Below are positions 39,942 through 52,539 of a stretch of DNA of 64,000 nt, piece after piece. This DNA is from Stegostoma tigrinum. Taxonomy: Eukaryota. The position numbers and the translations under genes are program-made. The notes below the pieces were generated by a model. That model saw only the letters and a program-made list of their open reading frames with translations, had not been told where the DNA came from and ran no database searches. The stretch covers positions 39,516,985-39,580,984 of the forward strand of contig NC_081365.1 in NCBI RefSeq assembly GCF_030684315.1, in the 5' to 3' direction. Each line of letters begins with the position of its first letter. Positions within the stretch are counted from its first letter, which is position 1.

Positions 39942-41720
39942 AGTAAATTGCAGTATTGTTTTCTTCAGGGCTTAATTGTAAACTCTACCTTGAAGATCTG
40001 TAATCAAATCATCATTGCGCAAGTTTTACTTTCTCATTTTACTTTAATCAAGTAACCAGAGACACTAAAGTTATGGATAGCGTTGTATGTTCACCAGTTT
40101 GTTGCACTCTTTGTATGTCCGGTTTATCTCTGAGCAATGCAGAGATGACCCTAGTGCTAGGTCTGAACAGCTTTACTTACAGTGCTTTAAAATGGTTCCA
40201 CAATCATAGAAGCTCTACACAAATGTTCACAGCTTGAGTTTTTCAGGTCTTTCTGGAAGCATTTGTTCACTTTAGCATTCAGAGATTTCAGCCAGGCTCA
40301 TTTAAGTACAATGAATGTTAAGTCAATTAAATAAGCCCATGATAAAACTCAGAAGATTTAATCCATTGAACACTACAGAGAATAAATCTCCATTCACTAA
40401 AATAATGTTTTGTATCATAAATACTAGGGATATGGACATTTTCTCATCTATACTAAAAACTTTTTAAATTTCAATTTGATACAGACCTTCACTAACCATC
40501 ATTAGTCTAACAAATTCACTAACATTTAAAGATCACAAGTAAAATCTAGAATTCTGCCCTAATCTTACAAAAGCAACTAGTTTCTGTTGAATATGGGCAC
40601 ATGACATTAGGAGTACAACTTATATGTGACAGACTCACCAACATAGACCAAACTAAATTTTGAACTCTGTAAAAAAAGGTGCTTCAAGAGGAGGATAGAC
40701 CTATTGAGACTGAATGTTCAATTTTCCTGTTAATGCAAAGGCAAGAGTGGCTTGTAAGAGATCCTTCATATCTGGATGCATAGGAGTAAGAAACTTTTAT
40801 TATTTGTACTGCTCTATACCCCATCCCTTTATTATCACTACATAATCCCTACATAATATCGTCAGAGCTGCACCATCATTGCATTATTTCAAATGGTTCA
40901 AATGGTTCCACTACTATCGTTACAATGTAACAGGGGATGGATAATGCAGTTTTTTTTTAAAAAATGGATCAGATTTAAACAAATATTCAACAGAAATGTG
41001 GTTGAAAATTTCTGCAATTGAGCTTCTTCTGCGCTTTAAAATAATTTGTTCAAAAATGTCCATTACAGCAAGACAGGCATGTAAAATTTTCCTATCCTGC
41101 CAACCAGCACTGAGGTGGGTCAATTACTGCCCATCACTCTCTATGCAATCATTGATGAGGTGATGGAACGGGTCAACAGAGCTTCAAGTTGTTCTTGCTG
41201 AGCAACAACTTGATGTTCAACTTGGGGTCCATCCAGGTCATTCAGCTCATTGCAGCCTTGCTCCAAACATGGGCTAATGTGCTGAGCCCTAGAGGTGCAG
41301 TGAGAATTATTGCTTTTGCTATCAAGGTTACATTTGACTGAATATGGTGTCAAGTACTCCCAGGAAAATTAGGGTTAATAGGAGTCAGGGGAAAACACTA
41401 TGCTGGTTGGAGTCGTACCTAGATCAATAGAAGATGGTTATGATTTTTGGAGGACACAACTAGGGATGTTCACTGATGATTGAGCAATGTTCAACACCAT
41501 TCATGACTCCTCAGGTACTGAAACAGTCTGTTGTCCATATGTAGCAAGACCTAAACAGCATTGAGCTGATGAGTCGTGGGTACATTCATTCTTTACAATT
41601 CCTGGCAGTTATTATGTTCAGCAAGAACCATCACCCCTAGAGCATTCAATGGCATCACTATCACTGAATTCCCCACCGTCAACACCCTGGGGGCTTAACG
41701 TTGGCCAGAACTTGAACTGG

Positions 41721-43957
41721 AGATAATGGGAACTGCAGATGCTGGAGGTTCCAAGATAATAAAATGTGAGGCTGGATGAACACAGCAGGCCAAGCAGCAT
41801 CTCAGGAGCACAAAAGCTGACGTTTCGGGCCTAGACCCTTCATCAGAGAGGGGGATGGGGGGAGGGAACTGGAATAAATAGGGAGAGAGGGGGAGGCGGA
41901 CCGAAGATGGAGAGTAAAGAAGATAGGTGGAGAGAGTGTAGGTGGGGAGGTAGGGAGGGGATAGGTCAGTCCAGGGAAGACGGACAGGTCAAGGAGGTGG
42001 GATGAGGTTAGTAGGTAGCTGGGGGTGCGGCTTGGGGTGGGAGGAAGGGATGGGTGAGAGGAAGGACCGGTTAGGGAGGCAGAGACAGGTTGGACTAGTT
42101 TTGGGATGCAGTGGGTGGGGGGGAAGAGCTGGGCTGGTTGTGTGGTGCAGTGGGGGGAGGGGATGAACTGGGCTGGTTTAGGGATGCAGTAGGGGAAGGG
42201 GAGATTTTGAAACTGGTGAAGTCCACATTGATACCATATGGCTGCAGGGTTCCCAGGCGGAATATGAGTTGCTGTTCCTGCAACCTTCGGGTGGCATCAT
42301 TGTGGCAGTGCAGGAGGCCCATGATGGACATGTCATCTAAAGAATGGGAGGGGGAGTGGAAATGGTTTGCGACTGGGAGGTGCAGTTGTTTGTTGCGAAC
42401 TGAGCGGAGGTGTTCTGCAAAGCGGTCCCCAAGCCTCCGCTTGGTTTCCCCAATGTAGAGGAAGCCGCACCGGGTTCAGTGGATGCAGTATACCACATTG
42501 GCAGATGTGCAGGTGAACCTCTGCTTAATGTGGAATGTCATCTTGGGGCCTGGGATGGGGGTGAGGGAGGAGGTGTGGGGACAAGTGTAGCATTTCCTGC
42601 GGTTGCAGGGGAAGGTGCCGGGTGTGGTGGGGTTGGAGGGCAGTGTGGAGCGAACAAGGGAGTCACGGAGACAGTGGTCTCTCCGGAAAGCAGACAGGGG
42701 AGGGGATGGAAAAATGTCTTGGGTGGTGGGGTCGGATTGTAAATGGCGGAAGTGTCGGAGGATAATGCGTTGTATCTGGAGGTTGGTAGGGTGGCGTGTG
42801 AGAACGAGGGGGATCCTCTTGGGGCGGTTGTGGCGCGGGAAATGCGGGAGACGTGGTCAAGGGCGTTATCGATCACCGTGGGGGGAAAGTTGCGGTCCTT
42901 AAAGAACTTGGACATCTGGGATGTGCGGGAGTGGAATGTCTTATCGTGGGAGCAGATGCGGCGGAGGCGGAGGAATTGGGAATAGGGGATGGAATTTTTG
43001 CAGGAGGGTGGGTGGGAGGAGGTGTATTCTAGGTAGCTGTGGGAGTCGGTGGGCTTGAAATGGACATCAGTTACAAGCTGGTTGCCTGAGATGGAGACTG
43101 AGAGGTCCAGGAAGGTGAGGGATGTGCTGGAGATGGCCCAGGTGAACTGAAGGTTGGGGTGGAAGGTGTTGGTGAAGTGGATGAACTGTTCGAGCTCCTC
43201 TGGGGAGCAAGAGGCGGCGCCGATACAGTCATCAATGTACCGGAGGAAGAGGTGGGGTTTGGGGCCTGTGTAGGTGCGGAAGAGGGACTGTTCCACGTAA
43301 CCTACAAAGAGGCAGGCATAGCTGGGGCCCATGCGGGTGCCCATGGCCACCCCCTTAGTCTGTAGGAAGTGGGAGGAGTCAAAAGAGAAGTTGTTGAGTG
43401 TGAGGACGAGTTCAGCTAGGCGGATGAGAGTGTCGGTGGAGGGGGCCTGGTCGGGCCTGCGGGACAGGAAGAAGCGGAGGGCCTTGAGGCCATCTCCATG
43501 CGGAATGCAGGTGTACAGGGACTGGACGTCCATGGTGAATATGAGATGTTGGGGGCCAGGGAATTGGAAGTCCTGGAGGAGGTGGAGGGCGTGGGTGGTG
43601 TCACGGACGTAGGTGGGGAGTTCCTGGACCAAAGGGGAGAAAATGGAGTCCAGATAGGTGGAGATGAGTTCGGTGGGGCAGGAGCAGGCTGAGACGATGG
43701 GTCGACCAGGGCAGGCAGGTTTGTGGATTTTGGGAAGGAGATAGAAACGGGCCGTGCGGGGTTGGGGAACAATGAGGTTGGAGGCTGTGGGTGGGAGGTC
43801 CCCTGAGGTGATGAGGTCGTGAATGGTGTTGGAGATGATGGTTTGGTGCTCGGGTGTGGGGTCATGATCGAGGAGGCGGTAGGAGGTGGTGTCGGAGAGT
43901 TGGCGTCTGGCCTCGGCGATGTAGAGGTCAGTGCGCCATACTACCACTGCGCCACCC
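41721..43957 (-). mobile_element. Young Penelope-like element, longest young copy (RT + GIY-YIG), 5'-truncated, 25-bp internal deletion ~42835
   Basis: ORF 42538-43947: FYLLPKIHK, GRPIVS, FTMDVQSLYT, GVAMGTRMGP, LRYIDD, FLDL, FKPTD; endonuclease in shifted frame; possible 5-bp TSD ctgga. Confidence 0.96.
41819..41846 (-). ncRNA. Minimal hammerhead ribozyme motif, sense to CD101 pre-mRNA
   Basis: Minus strand CTGATGA-a-gggtctaggccc-GAAA-cg-TC. Confidence 0.65.
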
Positions 43958-45572
43958 TGGACTAGCTTTGTAAATGCAATGGCAATGACAGCAGTTCAGA
44001 TGCTGGGGGTTCTGTGGTAAATAACTTATCTGTTGTCCACTGTCTACAATGTACAAGTCAGGAGTCTGTAGGAACACTCTGCACTTGCCTGGAAGAGTGC
44101 AGCTCCAATAACACATGGTTGACACTATCCAGGACAATTCAGCCCACTTGATTGACACCCCATTTGCTGCCTTAAAGATTCACTCATTCCATCCATAGTG
44201 ACAACTGCGTATAATATTTACAAGATGCACTACTGCAACTCACCAAGGCTCCTTTGGCAGAACTTTTCAAATGAAGTTCTGTAACCTCTACTAACTGAGA
44301 CAGAGAAGGACAACAGATACATGGGAACATAACCTGCAATCTCTCCTCCAAGGATATCACCGCCACCCTCCAATCACTGGATCAAAATCCTGGAGCTCTC
44401 TTGCTAACAGACTTGTGGATGTGCTATTATCACACTGTAGCAATTTAAGAAGACAGGTTATCATGACCTTCTCAAAGGCAATTAGGAAATGACAATAAAT
44501 GCTGCTCTAGCCAATCTGTGAAGGAATTTGAAGAAAGGATTTAGCTTAGTAGGTGGAATCGCATAATTCAGGGTTAATATTCCCTCTAAAACCTGGACAG
44601 TGAATTAAAACCTTCAACATAACCCATGAAAATTAATATTCCACTATTCTTCTGTGTTATGCACTTTTTGTTATTTCTCCACATTGTATCAACAGTGACA
44701 GTGCTGAATCAGCAAACAACGCAGAACCTTTACAGTGTCCTATGCTACTTCCTTTGTTATGTTACATGTTTCTCAATCCTTCTAAACAACATAAATTAAT
44801 TTGCCTGTATCTACATTAGATTTTCTCCACAAATTGTGTAAGCAATTGCATACCAACTTGAAACCCTTCTTCTTTCATTCTTAAAGTTCTCTATATTTTA
44901 TATAATCTCAAAAATGAAAAACTGTTTTTGTATTCTGGCTAATAATGTCATAACAGCAACTACAGTGATATGGTCATCAACACTGTCTCCATCCAGTACC
45001 CCCAAACTCTGACCGTGTTTCCCATTTTATAAAAATTCAATTTCTTTTAGTCACATTCTCTTCTAGATTCCCATGACTTTTGTTTAATTTAACATATTCT
45101 TCCAAGTTGAAATTTATCAAAGTTCTTACGAAAAAGTGGAATTAATGATAATGACATTACAAAAATTTCACCATTTATTTGTAACATCATCAGGGAGGTT
45201 TAAAGGGGTTTTCATCACAGGAATGTTTCTTCCTAAATCCAGGATGACTTTAAAGTTATAATATACAAACTGACTTAGATATATATTGTCCTTTCACTGT
45301 CACAGTGTAAAAATCATAGAAATTCTCTTTGTAGCACTACATTGAAGGCACCATCACCACAAAGCAAGTGCTAATTCACAAAATTGACCTACTGCCACTT
45401 TGTCAATTACAAGTTGACAAAGCGTAAAATATTTGCCATTTCAGTGGACATTATTGTGTAGTATATATCCATGAATCTACTTTACAGTATCTTTGTCAAT
45501 ATTTTACTCAGCACCAACATAAGTCAGAATCATATTTCTCTCCCTTTTGAATCATATGCACAACATGTTGTT

Positions 45573-45590
45573 GTAAGTAAGTAAGTAAGT
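45573..45590. repeat. (GTAA)4.5 microsatellite flanked by an 11-bp direct repeat
   Basis: aacatgttgtt at 45562-45572 and 45591-45601. Confidence 0.8.
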
Positions 45591-47367
45591 AACATGTTGT
45601 TACTTCTAATCCTGTGTCACTTCTATAATACCCAGAAATCTTTCAACATTACACTCTGCTATTTTCCACCCTAGTCTCATTCTGCAACTGCTGTATGTCT
45701 GGCGGGATTTGTCTTTATTTCTTTTAACTCATCAAATAGTCCCACCTCTCACATTTCAAAATATTCTGCAAGGTACCACAGTTATTGAAAATCAAGAGGT
45801 TGCTGGTGAATACTTTAAGACGGTAGTGATAAAATAATCTTTAAGTTATTCCACCACTTTCATCTTTTAAGGACATAGGCTTGGATTAAGCAAAAAAAAA
45901 CAAGGACAACCAGGGTGAGTCTGTTGTCTGCCCTTCTTCTGTTGCAGTCACTGACCCACTTTCTGGAGCCAGAGATCATTATTTATGTAGGTCAGATTGA
46001 TGGAAGCCATGTCAGCAAGCAGGTATGTGCCCCTCAACAAGCAGTATTGGATCTTAAAATTTAAAGGAGCTGGAAGGATCCAAAGATAAAATTACAACTT
46101 TTCATGTAAACCATAAATTTGTCCGATTCTCTCATCGCTCAAATGATTGGAGCCTCAAAGAGGAATAGGTACTCATTATATGACCTCAACCATACTATGT
46201 ACCACTATCCAGCGTGGACCAGAAGGTTGGGTTCAAGTTCCACTTGCAGAGGTGTGTCATAACACATCCAATCTGGTTGATTTAAAAATAAGCGTCTGTA
46301 CAACTATCCCAGGCCTGTTGGTGCCTGAAGTCAGCCACAGTAGTGGCAAAAGAGAATTAAACAGAGTCCATCAAGTGCTGCAGCAATCTGGGATCAGACT
46401 GTATAATTCCTTGTGAGTCAATTGAGTAGCCACCTCATTTTATTTGTTGTTTTCCACGATTATATAGCCTGATTTTTGACAGAATAACAAAGGGAAAATC
46501 ATATCCTCCGTAGCCATTCTTTCTTGAAATATATGATAACAAAAATTCTACTCTAATTGATTTTTAAACTCAAAAGCCCATTGTTACTCATTCTTAGCAT
46601 TTTCTTACATTTCTTCTAATTCTCTTAGCTCACTTCGCCCCACGGATTTCATTTCCCAACATTATTTTCTTTTCTTAATGCACTTATCCATTGGGGAAAC
46701 TATTTAGTTTAACGACCATTCAGATTCATGACTTAGAAGTTATGCATTGTATGGGCTACAGCCTGCTAATTTCCAACAGGCCAGCAAATATGAAAAGTTA
46801 CTTCTTTAGTTAGCATCACATGTTTCCCATCATAAAAGTGATTGGAGAAGCAGATGGGATTTTCCCAACAATCAACAATTGATTCATGAATCATAAAGAG
46901 TCTAATGATGATCATGAATCCATTGTCAAAAAACCCCATCTGATTCACTAATGTCATTTGTCGAAGAAAACTGCCATCTTTAACTGGTCTAGCCTATATG
47001 TGACACCACACCCAAAGCAAATTTGTCGATTCTAAGCTGCTCTCAAGAATAGGCAAGAAATGCTGGCCTAGCTGGTGGCACCCTCATCACAAGTGAATTT
47101 GAAAAAAAAAAAATCAATCACCGCCAAATTATTATTCCTTAGTGTTTGTGCTACTGAGAGCTCCACACATGATTTTCACTTCAGCATTCCTGGTTGCAGG
47201 GTGCAGTTATGTAAGAACATATGAAATTGGAGCAGAAGAAGACCATTCAGCCCCTCAACCTGTGCCAGCATTCAAAACGTCATGATTGATCTGATTGCAC
47301 TTCAAATTCTGCAATCCCATCTACTGTGATTAGTTCTGGGTGTCTTGCCAAGCAAGGAAATATCTAA

Positions 47368-47577
47368 GAGATAGTAGGAACTGCAGCAGATGCTGGAGAG
47401 CTGGATGAACACAGCAGGCCAAGCAGCATCATAGGAGCAGGAAAGGTGACGTTTTGGGCCTAGACCCTTCTTCAGAAAAGGGGTCAGAAGAAGGGTCTGG
47501 GCCCGAAATGTCAGCTTTCCTGTTCCTATAATGCTGCTTGGCCTGCTGTGTTCATGTAGCCCTACACCTTGTTATCA
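47368..47577. mobile_element. Fold-back mini Penelope insertion with back-to-back decayed hammerheads, inside a CR1 3' remnant
   Basis: gacgttttgggcctagacccttcttcag / cagaagaagggtctgggcccgaaatgtc; inverted arms. Confidence 0.8.
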
Positions 47578-47674
47578 AGAATCTATCCTTGTCTTAGTTC
47601 ATTGTATTGGACAAAGAAATTGTCGTTTGTGCCGGTGCTACAATATTTATGAGAAATTTAGGAAATTTGTTTAC

Positions 47675-48091
47675 CTGCTGTACGCACTTGCACAATTGTC
47701 ATTGCTGATGTATCCTCTCCCACTTTATACCAGATGTTGTTGGGATCCAAGAGCCACTCTGTTACGTGACAGTAGTAATTTCCACTGTCATTTACATCAG
47801 TTTTCTGTATCATCAACTTGTACACATCACTGGAGGGCTTCTCATCCTGAAATTTCATTTTCTTCTGAGAATTAGTAAGCAATTCTCCATAGTACTGGAC
47901 AATACTGTTGCGATCAACGTTCAGAAGATTTTCCCCTTTCACGTTTGGTCCATGTGGCTTACTGAAGAGCCACATGACTGAGAATTGGGAATCGTTTTGA
48001 GTTCGAGCTAAAATTTTACATTCAAGTTCAGTGATGTCATTGATTCTTTTATATATCGTGGTAACTTGCTTAGTAAGCTGTAAGAGACAAG
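47675..48091 (-). CDS. CD101: CD101-like exon, IgV domain 6
   Basis: tttgtag|CT ... G|gtaaac; 417 bp; extends ORF 47658-47975 upstream in frame: ACLLQLTKQV...ELECKIL...FSVMW...DSGNYYCHVTEW. Confidence 0.9.
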
Positions 48092-49698
48092 CTACAAAAA
48101 TAGAAAAGACAGCCTGTCAAAATAATTTCACAGTATTTCTTTGCAGCATTTAGTTTCAACATGATGTACCATGGAAATCAGTCAATGACTAACTACTATT
48201 TTCCTTATATAAAACTTATCCATGTTTAATAATCTAACAGCACCAAAGATGCTGCAATTATGAACTTATGGCACTAATGATCTTGTTGTCTTTGCATTCT
48301 TTTTATTGTAAATTATTTTTTATCCCATTCTTTCATGTAACTGTCAAAATTCTAGACATCAGTGAGTTAAAAGAACTGGTTACCTACTCTTGGTTAGTTC
48401 TGTCATTGCTCAATTAATGCTGTTTATTTCCCAGAAGGTATGGAAGTACAGCAAATTCAAGGGATAAATTGCAGATTTTCCAAGACAATATGAACAACTT
48501 AACTCTGTTTTAGTGCTGTCAGGTTCAGTGTAATGTTTCATAGCAGAATATATACAGAGAATCAATATATATTAAAATACGGATTTTCTTTGAATGCATC
48601 AAAACTGCATTTTAGCAATAAGTTGACATTGTATTACTGGCATAATACAGCCCCTCGAATGTTTTGTTTGACTGCAGTACCTTAGATAAGTACAAACAAT
48701 CTCATTTTGCCAAGAATCTATTTAATTAGGAAGGAGGTCAAAAAAGAATAGGCTATCCAGTCCCTCGCGCTTGCCCTGCCATTCTAGATCATGTCCCATC
48801 ACCTTCCTTAATACAATTTCCCCACCTATTTCCAGACCCCTTTTGATATCATTAGTATCTAGAAATCTATTGACATCCATCTTGATCAATGAGTGAACTT
48901 CCACAGCCCACTAGGGTAAAGAATGAGATTACCTCTCATTCTTCAAAAACTAAAATATCCCTTCAATTTTTCCTCGTAGCTTAGACCTGCTATTCCAGGA
49001 ATCATTCTGGTGAATCCCTGCTGCACTGCCTTTTTGGAAGGAATGTGTCTTTCCTTATGCAAGTTGATTACAGGTGATTGAACAATACTAAAACACAATG
49101 GTGGAATTATAATTATCTTATTGATGATTTTTAATATTGAATTATAACTGTCATGACCATAGGTCAGAGCTCTGAAGGACAAAAGAGAAGTACAGCACAG
49201 GAAAAGCCTGCTCAGCCCTACAGGCCTGTGCTGATCATCATGCCCTGACTAAACTAAAAAAAACAAACCTTCTCCCCTATGGACAATTAAGGACATTCGG
49301 GACTGGTAATCCAAAAAAAGTGTTTTTTTTAAAAAGAGGGCTGATGCACAAAAAGAGTCGCTGTAAATTAAGTGGCTGTCTGTAGAGAGAGAGAACCATG
49401 GAATTTCACACTTAGCGATGCAAAGGAATTTCTAACAAAGAGCAAAAGAGGCGAACAGGCAGTCAAGGCAGACTGGACTGTGATCTCTTGTGACTACAAA
49501 TGTAACAAGGTTACCTAAATAAAAATTGAAATAACTGCAAATCAGAAACAAAAACATAAAGTTGCTAAAATAACTCAGCAAATCTGGCAGCATCTGTAGC
49601 GAGAAATCAGAGTTACCATTTTGGTTCTAGTAACTCTTCCTTGGAACCCTCAGTTTCACTTTGATGCTGTAAATATGAAAAGTAGTCTGTCACCTTAC

Positions 49699-50100
49699 CT
49701 GGGGGTCCAACCTTTACTTCCAGGATGTTTGATGTTGCACTGGCTTTTTTGACCCATTTGTTTGGATTATGCCTTCCCCATAATTCTGCAATACATAGAA
49801 ACTTCCCAGCTTCCAATTTACTGGCCCTTGAAACACTCAACCGGACAGCATTGGACACAGATTTCACTACAATCATCTTTCCTTTGAAGTTCTCTGCTAT
49901 GTTCCCCCACTTAATCGCGGTATCATGGGTGAAAGTTACAAGGTTGTAACTGTCATTAGAATTGGCTGGTTGGAATTTCCAGGATACAGATGCTGGCACA
50001 TGGGTAATATTTATCGGCCTAATGATACACTGGAGTTCAAATGTACCATAGTATTTCACAGTTGGTGTCCGGGTGATTGCCGTAACCTTAAAGTTGCTTT
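49699..50100 (-). CDS. CD101: CD101-like exon, IgV domain 5
   Basis: ttgcag|AA ... G|gtaagg; 402 bp; TFELQC...VSWKFQPA...EAGKFLCIAELW. Confidence 0.92.
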
Positions 50101-51420
50101 CTGCAAACACAAAAAAAGAGAAAAAGTTAAAGACTGTCAACAAACTCTTCTGAGACTTTCTAGTACAGATAATTGAATCCCAAACTATAAAATCAGTTTA
50201 ATTAAAACAAAAAAGAGAGTATTCCCATAGGGTGTAAACATTGTTTGCAATATTGTGATGTCAATTCCCATTTCAATATTTTAGAAACAGGACAATTCTG
50301 GGTTTACAGGATGAGAACACTGCTCTTTTGTTCAATTCAATTAATCTTTGATTAGTGAGACCATGTTTTTCTCGATAGCCAGATTCCAATAGGCAGCTTG
50401 TCAGAAAGTGGATGTTGCTCTTTAGAAATTCTAAAGCTTTCCTCTGGAGAACCACAAAAAGCAGAGGTAGATCATACCGAAGACCCACCCTGCTAGTTAC
50501 CCGCTAGTCATAGGCTGTTATGTAGTAGCTGGTTCTGTGCCTCTTTATATCTCTTTCAGGTCAATAAGTGGACTAGTAGCAGTAACATGGGGCCTGCAGG
50601 TTAAAATTGCTATGGCCCACTGCTACTTCTGTCTTTTGGGAAACCAAATCACTGAAATGGTTTCTGTCATCAACTTGTTCAGAGTTAAAATACAAACCTG
50701 CAAAGAGGTGTTGTACAGTAAGATAGGACTGGGTCAGTAGGGCCATTAAAGCTGCTCTGACATTTGGTCAGATCAAGGCGGTTCTAACTGTGACCTAACT
50801 CTCTGCCTTAAAAATATTCAAAGACTCCTAGGGAACAGAATTCTGTAGCTCATGACTGACAGAGGAAAAGAAAATCTCATTTTTAAAATTCATTTGAGCT
50901 TTTATAGATTCGTTGACCACTAAGGTCAACCATGGATTTTCAGCATTTTTTTTCCAATTGTTTGATATGCAAGAAAACTACTTACCCCTCATCTCTCTCA
51001 AATATTCTCCCTCACCTCTTCAGCAATTAATCACAAGTCACTCACTCGTTTATTCAGAGTGGCGTGATGGTAGGAGACACTGAAAAAAGCCTACTTTTCT
51101 GTTCACCAGTTTTCAGTGAAAGTATGAATTTTCTGTGCGCAATGTTTTTCATTAAACTGATGGCAAAATGCAACGTAATCAGTGAATATAGAACATAGAA
51201 CAATACAGCACAAGAACTTGCCCTTTGGCCCATCATGTCTGTTTTGACCATGACCATGAAGGCAATGGAAATTCCAGCTTTCAATGCAGTATGCTGTGAC
51301 TTGATTTTGTAAGATAGAACAGGGGCCATCCTTTAAAAAAAAATCTTGATTTAATGTCTAATTGAGAACCCTGCAATTATTTAAATGAAATACAATAATA
51401 TTTCACAGTGAATTGCTTAC

Positions 51421-51825
51421 CAAGGGATTTGATAGTTACTGCCCTCTTGTCACTAACATATTCTCCAATTAGGTGCCAGTTTCCATCAGATTCTATTTCC
51501 CATTCCATCACTTTGCAAGCATAGTGTCCTTGATCTGAAGTCTGGGCATTATAAATGCCCAATGTGAAGGTATTTGATTTCACTCGTGCCATTCTGATGT
51601 CACTGTTGATTACACGCTCCTGGTAAGGCTGGGAAGTAACCTGAATACCATCTCGGTTCATTCCAATTATGTCACTGTGTTGGCTCTGGTTGTTTATGAT
51701 TTGCCAAGTAATAGAGAGCTGTCCATAGGCTGCACTTGCTGAATGAATATCACAGGCAAACTGAACTAAATCACCTTCCAAAACTTCAGTCACACTACTG
51801 TTGATTAACACTTTGAGGTTGGCTT
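51421..51825 (-). CDS. CD101: CD101-like exon, IgV domain 4
   Basis: tcacag|AA ... G|gtaagc; 405 bp; VQFACDI...LSITWQ...DQGHYACKVMEW. Confidence 0.92.
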
Positions 51826-52539
51826 CTGTGAAATGACAAAAACCGGTATAACGTGAGAGATACACGGGGGCCACATTTGGAAAAGTGGAAGTTCTGGGTT
51901 TATTCAAAGATGCTAGCTAATATAATAAAGACCAAGAGGTTTGTGAATATCAGCAGATAATAATAGCTTACATTTAGATAGCACACCTAACAGAGAAAAA
52001 GCATTTCAAGGCACTTAACAAGAACCTTGGACTTCTTTTGACATTAAGCCACATGGTGGGAAATCGGGAAAGATAACCAAAGCATTTGATCAATTAGACT
52101 GTTTCAATAACCATCTTAACAAAAAAGAGAGAGACAGAAAAATGGTGCATTTTGTGGAAAACATTCTAGCCTATGCCAAGAACTGCATAAATAATTAAGT
52201 GAAGAATTATGTGAAGATCATCCATCAAAGATCACACTGAAGATCATCTGTCAAGATTGCAATGTGGTTCACTTACACTTGCTAAAAACAGCACATTTAC
52301 ATGCAGGGGGCTGCCTTTGCAAGCAAAAGGACATCTCTACGTATAACACCTTTTCTATCAAATCAAAAGCTTGGGGGACAATGCTATCCTGGTGCGTTCC
52401 CTATTGGTTGCAACCAATCAGAGTCAACTTGCCTTTTCTAAATTCCAGTCAGCACCCCATTTCTCCTTTTGTGTAAGTGATTATTCCTTTTGAAGTTCGA
52501 TATATCTGCATCTTTGCTGCATGAAAAAGCTTTCAGAGA

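Larger units (their letters stand above)
41140..44520 (+). mobile_element. Old CR1/L2-type LINE split by a Penelope insertion
   Basis: Decayed RT (gggatgttcactgatgat = GMFTDD; aacaccctggggg...ccagaacttgaactgg|actagc) continuous across 41721-43957; 3' tail matches the SINE at 8138. Confidence 0.7.

Noticed and set aside
1635-43865. Numerous antisense/alternate-frame ORFs (MQGKVPGVVG..., MDWFWDAVG..., MLLRCCLACC...)
   Set aside because: Shadow frames of the GC-skewed Penelope and CR1 sequences, recurring with each copy
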